A stretch of DNA of 64,000 nucleotides from Callorhinchus milii (Eukaryota): the NCBI RefSeq assembly GCF_018977255.1, contig NW_024704742.1, positions 8,124,001-8,188,000 of the forward strand, written 5' to 3'. Position numbers and translations under genes: made by a program. Under the pieces are notes generated by a model, which made no database searches, was not told the DNA's origin, and saw only the letters and a program-made list of their open reading frames with translations. Position 1 is the stretch's first letter. Every line of letters starts with the position of its first letter. Shown piece after piece: positions 1 through 12,297 of this stretch.

Positions 1-66
1 CTGAGGCTTCAGATTCAGCTAATGGAATAGACTTTGACTGTGCACGGTTACTGGGACCGTAATCAC
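1..66 (-). CDS. CENPC: Probable CENP-C duplicated exon (B2), truncated by window edge
   Basis: Identical to 3053-3118, with the same acceptor. Confidence 0.62.
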
Positions 67-132
67 CTGCAAAGAGCAGGACAAATGAGGGATTGCATCG
101 TCTCAATCATATTTTAGAAATATACAGTGAAA

Positions 133-452
133 ATAATAATAATAATCCTTGCATTTGATATAGAGTCTTATCAAGTCTTCGAGACGTCTGAAAGCACTTC
201 ACAGAATACACTGTGGAGTGAATTGACTATATTTTGTGGGCAAAACACAGCAGTCAATTGCGCACAGCAGTGTCCCACAAACAATCGTGGATTGAGTGAC
301 CACATTTTTTTTGCAAGGAAGGAATTATTACCCCCGGAAAAGCGATCTGCCAATCGACTAACAAGCGGGTTCCAACTTACTGCTGGGAAACAGAGGCGTG
401 TGGTGTAAGGAAACTTGCCCAGTGTTTTGCCCTGCCAGGAATAGAACCCAAC
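133..452 (-). mobile_element. tRNA-derived SINE (5'-truncated); duplicate at 3181-3500
   Basis: Family body plus (ATT)n tail. Confidence 0.88.
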
Positions 453-909
453 TTTGCCTGATATGCTACTTATTTCAACCTCAATACAAAAATGAAATAA
501 TGAACTAAATGAAGTACATTTGTTAAGAGAACAGCTTGCAAATATAAAGCACTGGTAAGACCTGACAGAGCTTGTACAACTACAGTAGTTCTATCCTATC
601 CACTGGAGCTTTGGTTAGAGTGGATATCTACACCAGGCAGACAGGCTGGTCAACCATCAACTATTAATGTGACCAGCCAACAAAATAAACCTATTACACA
701 TTACAATATATTTTGTGAAGCACTTTGAGATGTCTTGAAGACATGATAAGGGGCTGTATCAAATGCAAGGATTATTATTATCAATAGTAAATAAATGAAC
801 CAAAAGTGCAGTGGTGTCCGGTGAAATGTCACCCACCAAATAATGGATCAAAATGTCTTTAACTTTTAATATAAAAAGCTCATTTAAGTGAAAAATAAAA
901 ATCAATTAC

Positions 910-1367
910 CTGATGGTTTTGTATTTTGCGTTCTGGTTTCTGCACTTGGATCCGGACTACCAGGTCTACCAGACCTTTTTTTATACCTTTCTGTGGGGCA
1001 ATTTATAGACCCTCGAGATGCAGACGGTCTCTTAAGAGACGCTTTGGAGTTTTTAGCTTGGCTACCATTCTCGACATAGACAGGAGGCTCTTCCTGCAAA
1101 TTCTCCTGATCTTCCTCCTGATCCTCTACTTCGGGCATAGCCACAGGTGTTTTTTGGGGATGCTTTCGGGGTCTTCCACGCTTCTTAGGCACGCTGGAAT
1201 TCTTTCCTTGCTTAACCGGCTTCCTGCTTATCACCTTGCCTTTTCTGACGTGCAACTCAGAGCAGGAGCTCTTGGGGTCCTCCCACATCTCACGCTCAGA
1301 TTCGTTCAACATTGGTGTTGAAGTCCTGAAAACAGTGTGTTTTGATGGTGGAGGCGTAACAGCAGGT
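910..1367 (-). CDS. CENPC: Probable CENP-C duplicated exon (A') with AT-hook
   Basis: PAVTPPPSKH...PKKRGRPRKHP...KPS(G); same ctttcacag acceptor, phases and terminal peptides as exon A. Confidence 0.68.
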
Positions 1368-2931
1368 CTGTGAAAGCCATGATTTATTTTTTTTAATGAA
1401 AATAATTTAAAAGCTTTATTATTAGCCATAATAATAATATGCTCATTAATCTCAACTTTTCTTAACACAGTAAAACACCAATAACTCGTCACTCCAAGGA
1501 AAAAAGTGCTGAGTGACTAGTTATCCGGGGTGGCCTATCTTGTGACTGGTGCGAGCAATCAGTGGCGGTTGGGCGCACATACACTGTAGAGGCCACTGGT
1601 CTATTGAAGGCCCACGGTATGGCCTCCTGCCCTATCTGGTCACATGTGGGATGCAAGTCAGGAGAGGGAAGCCTCAGAGACGAAGGTCTCTGCAATGGAT
1701 CTGACCATGTGGGCCCAACTTCCTCCGAGCACCTGCACCAGTCACAGGGTAGGGTGGGAGGCCTCTGGAATACAAGATGGCATCTTATAGGACAAGTTAT
1801 CTCATCAATTTTACATTGTAAGTACTTACAAGAGTTTCTGGAATGCGACAAGTTACATGTTAAGTGGATTGACAAATAAGTAACTAATTAAGATCGCTGC
1901 CTCCCTTGCGACTTAACTCTACCCTCCCCATCCCCATCCCTCCCGATCCCAACCACCAGCTCAGGTGTGGGTCCCTGACTGTCCAGCATTTTGGGACGTC
2001 TTCCTGACATGAAAGGCGCTAAACATATGTAATTTGTTGTTGTTGCTGTAAAGCAAAGTACCTTATTAACGTTGTATGGGAAGCTGCCAGGGTATTGGCA
2101 GTATGGCAGGATAACTACTGACAAGTTATGCCAGGGTGTTGTGATCAGGAGTTAACTGGGACAAGCTTTTCCTTGTTTTCCAGTAAACTATTTGCTCACC
2201 ACCGATACTTGCCAAGGAAGATACAAGTTAGTGTTAGTTGACAGCCGATGTGCAGATATAGACTATGAATAGCAATAACAGCAAATCAAGCTCCTCTCTC
2301 CTCAGTAAAGATTAATTTGCAAGGAACAGTTTTTTGTATTCTAGTCTGAACTTGACAAGATATGACAACAGAGGTTAAAAGCACATACAAGGAACATATG
2401 CATTTTGGATGCAGCTCAATTATTTTTTGCAAAAAGCAACAAGGAGCCTGAAATTTATAAATCCAGGGAGTCATAATGTGCATATGACTCCTCCTCAAAC
2501 TCAAAACGATCGACGATCTTCCTCGACCCGCTGCAAATTTCTAACGTGTTATACTTTTATTCCATGTTACCCACTCACATACCTGGACCATCACTGACAT
2601 CATTCTCTCTATGAAATGGTATATTTTTTAAATTAGTTGTAATAATAATAATAAACCTTGCATTTGATAAAGCGCCTTATCACGTCTGAGCTTTGAAATA
2701 AGTGCAGTGACTTTATCTTTTGTAGGTGAACCAGCAGTCAATTTCCACACAGCAATGTCCTGCAAAATGACCAATTTTAACAACCCCCAAAACCACTGCA
2801 CAATAACAGAATTGAACCGTAATTACAGACCCATAAAATCCAAACCCGCACTATGATTAGAAAAAATGACCTCACCTTCACCTGAAGCCCCAAATTGAAA
2901 GCATATTTCTCAAGGGCATAAACTTTCATAC

Positions 2932-3118
2932 CTTTTTGATTTAATCGTTATTGGATTTCTTGAAGGAGTTGAAGATGATTTTCCAGAAATTACGTATTTT
3001 TTCCGATTCTCCAGCTCAACGACTTGGTCGTTTTCATCATCATTCCCGCCTTCTGAGGCTTCAGATTCAGCTAATGGAATAGACTTTGACTGTGCACGGT
3101 TACTGGGACCGTAATCAC
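2932..3118 (-). CDS. CENPC: Probable CENP-C duplicated exon (B1)
   Basis: GDYGPSNRAQSKSIPLAESEASEGGNDDENDQVVELE...SSTPSRNPITIKSK(R); phase 1-2. Confidence 0.68.
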
Positions 3119-3904
3119 CTGCAAAGAGCAGGACAAATGAGTGATTCGTCTCAATCATATTTTAGAAATATACAGTCAAAATAATAATAATAATCCTTGC
3201 ATTTGATATAGAGTCTTATCAAGTCTTCGAGACGTCTGAAAGCACTTCACAGAATACACTGTGGAGTGAATTGACTATATTTTGTGGGCAAAACACAGCA
3301 GTCAATTGCGCACAGCAGTGTCCCACAAACAATCGTGGATTGAGTGACCACATTTTTTTTGGAAGGAAGGAATTATTACCCCCGGAAAAGCGATCTGCCA
3401 ATCGACTAACAAGCGGGTTCCAACTTACTGCTGGGAAACAGAGGCGTGTGGTGTAAGGAAACTTGCCCAGTGTTTTGCCCTGCCAGGAATAGAACCCAAC
3501 TTTGCCTGATATGCTACTTATTTCAACCTCAATACAAAAATGAAATAATGAACTAAATGAAGTACATTTGTTAAGAGAACAGCTTGCAAATATAAAGCAC
3601 TGGTAAGACCTGACAGAGCTTGTACAACTACAGTAGTACTATCCTATCCACTGGAGCTTTGGTTAGAGTGGATATCTACACCAGGCAGACAGGCTGGTCA
3701 ACCATCAACTATTAATGTGACCAGCCAACAAAATAAACCTATTACACATTACAATATATTTTGTGAAGCACTTTGAGATGTCTTGAAGACATGATAAGGG
3801 GCTGTATCAATGGAAGGATTATTATTATTATATTATTATAATTGGTCTACTTTTAGAGAGTTCAATCTACATCCACTTTTTTTTTTAAAAATTACGGTAT
3901 TCAT

Positions 3905-4790
3905 TTTACAACAACTTGCACTTATATAGCACCTGCCATGCTGAGTAGAGTCTCAGAGCGATCAACAGTGGCGGAGCCTGACTTCAAGCCAGGGGGAGCG
4001 AGAAGGGGGAATGTGGCCAAAAGCACGGTCGAACAGGAAAGTCTTCAGGCTGGACTTGAAAGAGGGGAAGGGGAAAGCAAAGGGATTGAGGGAGAGTGTT
4101 CCGGAGTTTTGGAGCCTGGTGGCTGAAAGCACGACCTCCGATGGTGGGGCGGAGGGTACGAGGGACGAACAGGAGGCCGGTGCCAATCGAGTGGAGGCGC
4201 CGGGTGGTGGATTGGGGTATGAGGAGGTCAGTGAGGGCGGGAGGTGCCAGGGATTGATTTGAACACGAGTGTGAGAGGATCTTGAAGTCGATCCGGTTGG
4301 TGACGAGGAGCCAGTGGAGCCTGGGTCAGAACTGGTGAGATGTGGTTTCGGAGTTTGGTCCGGGTCAATATGTGGGCGGCAGTTTTGAATGAGCTGATCT
4401 TGTGAATGGGGAGACAAGATCACCATTCCCAAGTGGAGCTGGGGAGATCGGCAAGGAATGTGATGGAGTAATCCAAGTGGGAGGTGACAATCGCGTGCAC
4501 AAGGGTTTGGGCTATATTTGGGGTAAGGTGCAATCAGAGGTGGGCAATGTGGCGGAGGTGGAAGAAGGCGGTCCTGGTCAGGGAACCGGATGTGGGGAAG
4601 GACAGTTGGGGGTCGAACCGGACCCCTAGGTTACTCATTGGTTCGGTGAGTCTGAGGGAGAGCCCAGAGAGGTTGAGGAGTTTAGATTCGCAGGAGTGAA
4701 GACATTGACAGGAGCCAATGAGTATGGCTTTCATCCTGTCCATATTCAGCTGCATATTCCATTTTATCAACTTTACCGTGAAAAGTCTGA
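3905..4790 (-). mobile_element. L2-clade LINE 3' fragment
   Basis: NLGVRFDPQLSF...TAFFHLRHIA; LWNSLP/LKTFLF-type tail. Confidence 0.85.
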
Positions 4791-5144
4791 GCTTATCTAC
4801 TAGGATTATGGTTCTAAGTAAACCAATTGAGCTACGTGGGATCTTATGTAGAAATTGAGCTGTCATTATCAAAGTATAAGTAACCATTGACAGGCTATTT
4901 ATTGTGGGTGAGACAACACTTTTGTAGTGAGTTTCTTCTCTTCCACTTAATGCTCAGTGGCCAGATGTGGGAGAGGAGGCACAATTGCTAGCAGTATCTG
5001 TGCCTCAATGCAAAGAGGTTCCAGTCACATTACCTACAATTCTGGAAAAACTTCTGTCCTACAAACACGCTAAACAACAACAACAACAAGATTTCATTTA
5101 TAAACAATACGATAACATATAACCCATTGTTTCAAACTCATTAC

Positions 5145-5842
5145 CTAATGGTTTCCTTCTTTTATCCACATCAAGCTTATCCATACCTGAAACTGTACCA
5201 GGTTGTTTTCCACACCTTGCCTTTGCAACATTTCCAGATGCCGGCAGCCTCTGAGGAGTCTTTTGGGATATTTTAGCTTTGTTTGCTTTCTCTTCAACAC
5301 TACAAGAAGGCTCTTCCTCCAGTTCCTCCACCACTTTGGTCATAGCCATAGCTGATGTTTTGCCCTGCTCTGCTCTTTTTCGTTCTCCCATTTTTGTGGT
5401 GCGGATGGGAGTTAGCAAACGCTTTGAACGGGGCAAGGGTTCATTTCCTTCCTCCTCTTTCTCCTGCTGTTCGTTTCTTTTGTTGTAATTTAGCTGACGG
5501 CTAGCTGGTACTTTCTGAGTCGCTCCTGGATTATTATCCTCACTTGCTTTCCTTTTTTTGCTCCCGGAATGTTTCCCGGTGGGATGAAGTCCGGGTTGAA
5601 CAGCAACCTTTTCCTGTACTGCTCCCTTTTTCCTTGTTTTCCCTTTCTTTGCTAGTTCTTTTTCATTCACGACGGACTTCTTTCTTTCTTTATCTGGCTC
5701 CTTATTTACCACCTTGTCTTTTCTGAACCATGACTCAAAGCAGAAGCTCTCATCATCGTTGATCTCAAACTCAAACTTGTTGTCGCTTGGTTTTATAGGG
5801 CTGGAGACAAGCTGTTTTGATGTCACTGGCAAAACAGCAGGG
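5145..5842 (-). CDS. CENPC: Probable CENP-C large basic exon (A)
   Basis: Contains FEFEINDDESFCFESWF, resembling recalled human EFIIDESDQSFASRSWI; K/E-rich; phase 2-1. Confidence 0.72.
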
Positions 5843-6297
5843 CTGTGAAAGAGATTTGATTAAAACACTAGCAACTAACAAGCAATTTCTCCTCACTAAC
5901 TATTCATCTCCTGAAATATACAGCCAACAAACATACAGAATTAAAGCTGTAATGAAGTGAAATACTGCTTTGAAATGCTACATAATTATAACAACAACTC
6001 TAAAGAACCAGGAGGAATTTGTCTCCCTTCATTATTTCCCGAGAATCGCCTATTCATACACTTACTGAGTGATTGAAAGTGGGAGATTTCCAGTTACTGC
6101 TGGAGAGAGAGATAATTACCCACCAAATTGGGGGTCAACGTGAGCTGCTGGGAAACCCAATTTACATCCACTCCTACGCAAACTTCACATGAAATGTATT
6201 AGATTATGACAATAACTTAAGTTAACGGTACATTTTTAAACTTAAACAGTCATTGTGTGAGACCCCAGCTTTAAAGAATTTTTCAATGCAAACGCAC

Positions 6298-6447
6298 TTG
6301 GTTCGTAAAATGTGAAATGGCGGCTCCGTAAATTTCAATTTCTTCTGATTTTGAACCTTTGACGTTGATGGTTCAACATTCGTAGCTCGACATTTTTCAA
6401 TCTCCATGGGTGCAGGTTCCAATGTTTCACTTTTGTTGAAGTCAAGT
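6298..6447 (-). CDS. CENPC: Probable CENP-C exon
   Basis: LDFNKSETLEPAPMEIEK...QKKLKFTEPPFHILRT; phase 2-2. Confidence 0.68.
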
Positions 6448-6579
6448 CTGCAAAATCCAATTGAAAGACTAAATCAACATTACCAGGGGACAATTCAGCA
6501 AATATTCAGGAAGAGGTTTAACTAATTTAATATTTCAAGGGCTACAGAGTTGATCACTATTAGTTAGGTTAGAGAGTTA

Positions 6580-7510
6580 TTGACAGCTGCCTGTCTGACA
6601 TCGAGTCCTGGATGAGAGACAACTTTCTTCACCTTAACGTGCGCAAAACTTAGGCCCTCCTGATTGGCTCGCGTCAGCGCCTCCGCACCTCAGGCGCTGA
6701 CAGCATCAGCATCCAAAGCCGCACTCTCCACCTTTCAAAGCCATCAGGAACCTCGGGGTTCTGTTCGACCCTGAGCTGTCCTTTCTCTCTCATATCTGCG
6801 CCACAACTGGCACCGCCTTCCATCACCTCCGGAACATCGCCAGACTACGGCACTACCTCACCCCTCACGCTGCTGAAACCCTGGTTCACGCCTTTATCAC
6901 CTCAAGGCTGGACTATGGGAACTCTCTCCTCGCCGGCCTTCCCGCCACCTCCCTCCACAAGCTGCAGGTCATTCAGAACTCTGCAGCTCGTGTACTGTCC
7001 GCACCAGACACCGCGACCACATCACTCCCACCCTCGCTCACCTCCACTGGCTCCCCATCCTCCAGAGGATCGAATTCAAGATCCTCACCCTCACCTACAA
7101 GGCCATTCATGGCCTTGCTCCCTCCTACCTCTCCAACCTACTATCCCCCTACCTACCTGCCCGACCCTCCGTTCCTCTGGCTCCGGTCTGCTCCAAATCC
7201 CCCGCCCCAACCGCCCTACCATCGGTGGTCGGGCCTTCAGCCTCTCAGCCCCGAGGCTCTGGAACTCTATCCCCCAGTGTCTTCGCCGCCTCCTCCCTTT
7301 CCTCCTTCAAGGCCGGTCTCAAGACCTTTCTCTTTGACCGTGCCTTCAGCTCCCCTCTCGACTCTCTTCCCCTCCTCGCTCCCTCCCTTCCCTTCCCTCA
7401 CACTGACCATTTCCCCTCTGCTCGGGTCCTGACCCAACTGTCCAGCGCCTTGGGACGTCCTCCCAACGTGAAAGGTGCTCTATAAATGGAATCTTGTTGT
7501 TGTTGTTGTA
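6580..7510 (+). mobile_element. L2-clade LINE 3' fragment
   Basis: TAFHHLRNIARLRHYLTPHAAETLVHAFITSRLDYGNSLLAGLP; frameshifted; (TTG)n tail. Confidence 0.92.
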
Positions 7511-8695
7511 ATTATTGGATTCAGTGTACCCACACAATACATTGCAAATTAATAAAGCACCGTTCATGTCAGGAGATTGTCTGAAAGTGCTTGGCACCAT
7601 AGCTGGGGGTAGGAGCTGAGGGGAAAGATGATCAAAAGCGTGGTCAATGAGGTACGTCTTAATACAGATCTTGAACAAGCCAGAGAGGAACTCTGGGATG
7701 AAGTTTCAGAGAGCAGAGCAGATTAGCTGAAATCCATCTGCCAATTGTGGGGCAGAAAAGGGCAGGAGGACATGAAGCATACCAGTGCTCGCAAAAGGTT
7801 GCTAGGTTCAAAGCAGTTCAGAGGTAAGGTTGGATACGACAGTGGGGGTATTTAAGGGTGAAAACTGGGATCTTGAACATGATCTGCTGGGGGATGGGGA
7901 ACCAATGGAGCCAAGTAAGGATGGGGTTTTAGTTTCGCTCATGGACAGGACAGGAACTGCAGAATTCTACCAATATAGAGATAGAATTGGCTAACATCAG
8001 GCTATATATAAATTCTCAATTAACGTCAATTTGGCTCACTTGGTAGTACTCTTTCCTTTGAGCTGACACACTACAATCATTAAAGTTCAGGTCCTGGGGG
8101 GAATGCTGCATTGTCACAAATGCCACCTTTTAAATGATGGCATGAACTAAAGCAAGTTCAATCTGTTCTTCAGGTGAACATTAAAGTTACTAAGGCAACA
8201 TTCAAAAGCAGAAGACTGCGTCTCGAATAATTCTCTAGATTGTTGGCTTTTCGCCTTCTTATTCTTCTTTGTGCTACGTGTAAAACAGTTGTGATATTTG
8301 CCTATAAAAGTGACGGCATGCAACACTGATTACCGTGAAGTGTTTACAAATGTTGACATTGAAGACAGTATAAAAATGCAGGTTCTTTCTTTGAATGTTA
8401 ATGTATAAACATTGTTAATATCAGTCTGTTGTAGAGGTGCTCACCGCAATTTTTTTAAAAAAAGTTTCTAGTTACATAAATGCCATTACCACAAGCTGGA
8501 AATAGTGATCCACAAAAGTAATGCAAACAGCAGTCATTTTTGATTGGTAAAATCAGGATGAATCTTTAGTGTGTTGATCAGGAGAATGGCTGCACAGTGA
8601 GAAAAGCTGGTGAACAACTGCTGCTAATGCTTTAGCTGGGAAACCTATAGATCACTGCTCAAATGACTTGTTCTGTTCAATTGGCTGTGACGTAC

Positions 8696-8990
8696 CTCAT
8701 TTTTGGTTTAAATTGTTCTGAGACTCTGAAAACGATTGGAGTGGAGCTCGCCAACGATTGCTCGGCATCATGGTTGCTCACTACTTTTTTCAGAGCGACG
8801 CAATCTGCTGTAGATTCTTTGGTCTCGAACTCAAGAAGACAGACGTCATCAGCTTGATTATCCATCTGGTCACTCTCATCATCAGTGGCCTCAGCTGGTT
8901 CAGCGATAACAGCAGCAGCTGCTGGAGGTTGAGGGGCAAAGCATGTTTGCAGGGGAGGTTCCAACAAGAATTCATTTGAACTCAGGCAAC
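8696..8990 (-). CDS. CENPC: Probable CENP-C exon (B0)
   Basis: GCLSSNEFLLEPP...EATDDESDQ...SSTPIVFRVSEQFKPKM(R); phase 1-2; junction KPKMR/LDFNK resembles recalled human KTKKR/LNFDD. Confidence 0.7.
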
Positions 8991-9177
8991 CTGGAAAGAA
9001 GCGGAATTAACGCATGAGTATTGAATGCACTGAATGTGCGTGTTCAAAGTGTTTCAAACAAGTTTCTATTTTCCGTTTCTGTGCATTTCCTCCGCAATAA
9101 TGAACACCAATTTTATTGGAAGTAAAAGCTTTACTTTGAAAAGTGATAACTTCCCTACCACAACAACCACCACCTAT

Positions 9178-9543
9178 AAATAATAATAATCCTTGCATCT
9201 GATACAGCACATTATGATGTCTTCAAACATCTCAAAGCGCTTTACAGAATAGACTGTAGAGTGAATTGACTGCATATTTTGTGGCGAAACGCAGCAACCA
9301 ATGGTGCACAGCAGCGTCCCACAAACAGTCGTGGATTGAAGTGACCAATGTATTATTTTTTTTTGTTGAAGGAATTATTACCTCCGGAAAATCGATCCGC
9401 CAATCCACCAACAACCGGGTTCCTACTTACTGCTGGGTGGACAGAGGTGTGTGGAGTACGGAAACTTGCCCAAGGTTTCGCCCTGCCGGGAATCAAACCC
9501 AGGTCTTCTCGCTTGCGAGGCGAGTGCACTGATCACTGAGCTA
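9178..9543 (-). mobile_element. tRNA-derived SINE
   Basis: Head TAGCTCAGTG...GGTTTGATTCCC (A/B boxes), body, tail AATGCAAGG(ATT)n. Confidence 0.9.
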
Positions 9544-9544
9544 A

Positions 9545-10605
9545 ACAACAACAACAACCAGATTACATTTGTATAGCGCCTTTCACATCGGGAGGTCGTC
9601 CCAAGGCGCTGGACAGTGTACAGCATCTCAGACCCGAGCTGGGGTTTTGGGGGTGGGGGGAGGGGAAGGAGGTGGCAAGGTCAAAGAGGAGGTTTCTTGA
9701 AGCGGGACTTGAAGGAGGCTAAGGAGGGGGCGAGGCGGAGTGACTGGGGATCACATTTGTGGATCACTATTTCCAGCTTGTGGTAATGGCATTTATGTAA
9801 CTAGAAACTTTTTTTTAAAAAAAATTGCGGTGAGCACCTCTACAACAGACTGATATTAACAATGTTTATACATTAACATTCAAAGAAAGAACCTGCATTT
9901 TTATACTGTCTTCAATGTCAACATTTGTAAACACTTCACGGTAATCAGTGTTGCATGCCGTCACTTTTATAGGCAAATATCACAACTGTTTTACACGTAG
10001 CACAAAGAAGAATAAGAAGGCGAAAAGCCAACAATCTAGAGAATTATTTGAGACACAGTCTTCTGCTTTTGAATGTTGCCTTAGTAACTTTAATGTTCAC
10101 CTGAAGAACAGATTGTACTTGCTTTAGTTCATGCCATCATTTAAAAGATGGCATTTGTGACAATGCAGCATTCCCCCCAGGACCTGAACTTTAATGATGG
10201 AATTCCAGAGGTTGGGGGCAGAGTGGCTGAAGGCTCTCCCGCCAATGGTGGGGCGGGTGGGTCGGGGGATGTGGAGGAGTCCGGACACGGCTGAGCGGAG
10301 GGAACAGGCAGGTTGGTAGGGGGTTAGGAGGTCTCAGAGGTAGGGTGGGGTGAGGCCATGGAGGGCTTTGTAGGTGAGAATCAGGATCTTGAACTGGATC
10401 CTCTGAAGGATAGGGAGACAGTGGAGTCGGGCGAGAGTGGGGGAGATGGGGTCACGGAGTTTGGTGCGGGAGAGGACACGGGCTGCAGAGCTCTGGATGA
10501 TCTGCAGTCTGTGGAGGGAGGAGTTGGAAAGGCCGACAAGCGGGGCTTTTGCATAGTCGAGCCTGGAGGTGATGAAGGCATGAACAAGAGTTTCAGCGGA
10601 CCAGG
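9545..10605 (-). mobile_element. L2 fragment split by the inverted insertion
   Basis: AETLVHAFITSRLDY...QRIQFKILILTYKALHG at 10199-10605; tail at 9545-9751. Confidence 0.88.
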
Positions 10606-11429
10606 ACTCCACTTGCATTTATGTAACGTCCTTCATTTTTTATTATTTTATTATTACTTTTATTATTTTAATTATTATTTATGTAAAGTAAGGTCTTGGG
10701 AGTACTTCTCCCTTCCTCACACCTTCCCTGTTAAGGCACACGGTGAACCTAAATTTTGAAGCAAACCAAAATAGTGAATGCTGACCCAATAGGAGCCGAA
10801 AATAAAATGTTGCCTTTCTCAGTGTTACCATTCCTTATCGTAATGAACACAATGTTCACAAAAGAAACATTACAGAAGCAGGTTCCTCAGTCAAGCTTGA
10901 CCGAGCAAAGACCTAGCATTAATTCACAGGCAGGTCCTCAGATTTGACAGGCAAAATAAGCACTTTCTAACTTCACCACAATTAGTAGCATCGCAACTAT
11001 TTTTGCACACCATATTTGCGCCTCCAAATCAAACGATATTTGCACCTTCAAATTAGACAATATGCTAAATTAACAAAACTATATGCGATAAGCTCTTGGC
11101 GCGTGTCAAATACGAGCTTAAAATATGTTTGACGGCGCACACCATCCAAACACTGAAGAGAGAATGGTGTTTTTTCAATTCATCCCTATTAGCATTCAAT
11201 ATCACAATCCTTGCATTTCATGTACATCTTAATCCCGATGTCGAAACATCTAAAAGTGCTTCACAGGATTTTAAGTGTAGTGACGACCAGGGCTGCCAAT
11301 TTGAGCACAGCAATGTTCAGCAACCACAAAGTAAATGAGGAATATTAGTTGAAACATCCGTAATTCCTGCAGAATACAACAACAATAAGACTAAATATAT
11401 CAGGACAGTCTGATAAAAGTGGTACAAAC

Positions 11430-11517
11430 CATTAATTTCCTGCATCTGGCCCGGAACCAATTTAAGTGTTTCAGCGTCTTCATGTAACGCTGCCAGTGAG
11501 ACGACGTCTGGCGGATT
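11430..11517 (-). CDS. CENPC: Probable CENP-C exon
   Basis: NPPDVVSLAALHEDAETLKLVPGQMQEIN; ttttcttag|; phase 0-1. Confidence 0.6.
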
Positions 11518-11949
11518 CTAAGAAAATGGAGCAAAGTCCGGGCTTAAAAGTGTGACTTGTTTCTCCCCTTTGCTTCTTAAGATGGTGATTCATGCTGAGC
11601 ACCAACAATAATAATGATTGCATTTTATATAGTCAGGTATCAGCAAAATATAATAATATAATAATAATAATAATCCTTGCTATTGATATAGCGCCTTATC
11701 ATGTCTTTATGACAATCAAACTTAAAAGACCATAAAGATGGTGGAAGAGGAAATCAAATATAATCAAAATACTACAGTAATAAGTGATGTTGTAAAGCTC
11801 AGGTCAAGATGGATTGTTGGAACAAAGTAGAGGACTCTGTGAAGTGTAGGTGGCCCATATTGCACTCGACCCGAGGTGTAGGATGCTGATGGTAAATGTG
11901 TGAATTGAGAATGCCTTTTATTGTTCAACCACAAACTTAATATCCACAC

Positions 11950-12297
11950 AATAATACTTGCATTTCATACAGCGCCTTATCACATCTTCGAAAAGTCTCA
12001 AATCGCTTCACAGAATATACTGCAAAGTGAATTGACTGTACATTTAGTTGGCGAAATGCAGTAGTCAATTGCGCACAGCAGTGTCCCACAAACAGCCGTG
12101 GACTGAAGTGACCAATTTATGATCTTTTTTTTGAAGGAATTATTACCCCCGGAAAAGCGATCTGCAAATCGACCCACAACCAGGTTCCTGCTTAATGCTT
12201 GGTGAATAGAGGCGTGTGGAGAAAGGAAATTTGCCAACAGTTTTGCCCAGCCAGGAATCGAACCCAGGCCTCTCGCTTGCAAGGCAAGTGCTCTATC
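11950..12297 (-). mobile_element. tRNA-derived SINE
   Basis: Same family. Confidence 0.88.

Larger units (their letters stand above)
1..781 (+). repeat. Near-identical direct copy of 3053-3831
   Basis: Read by eye: only a few substitutions and small indels over ~780 bp. Confidence 0.95.
8076..10198. repeat. Long inverted repeat, arms 8076-8516 and 9756-10198
   Basis: Reverse-complement match with about 4 substitutions plus a homopolymer length difference. Confidence 0.95.

Noticed and set aside
127..408. Recurrent short ORFs such as ...[19 protein letters not shown]...
   Set aside because: Translations of SINE copies, not a protein family.
6915..7485. Pro-rich ORFs over the L2 fragment
   Set aside because: Off-frame readings of a truncated, frameshifted LINE.
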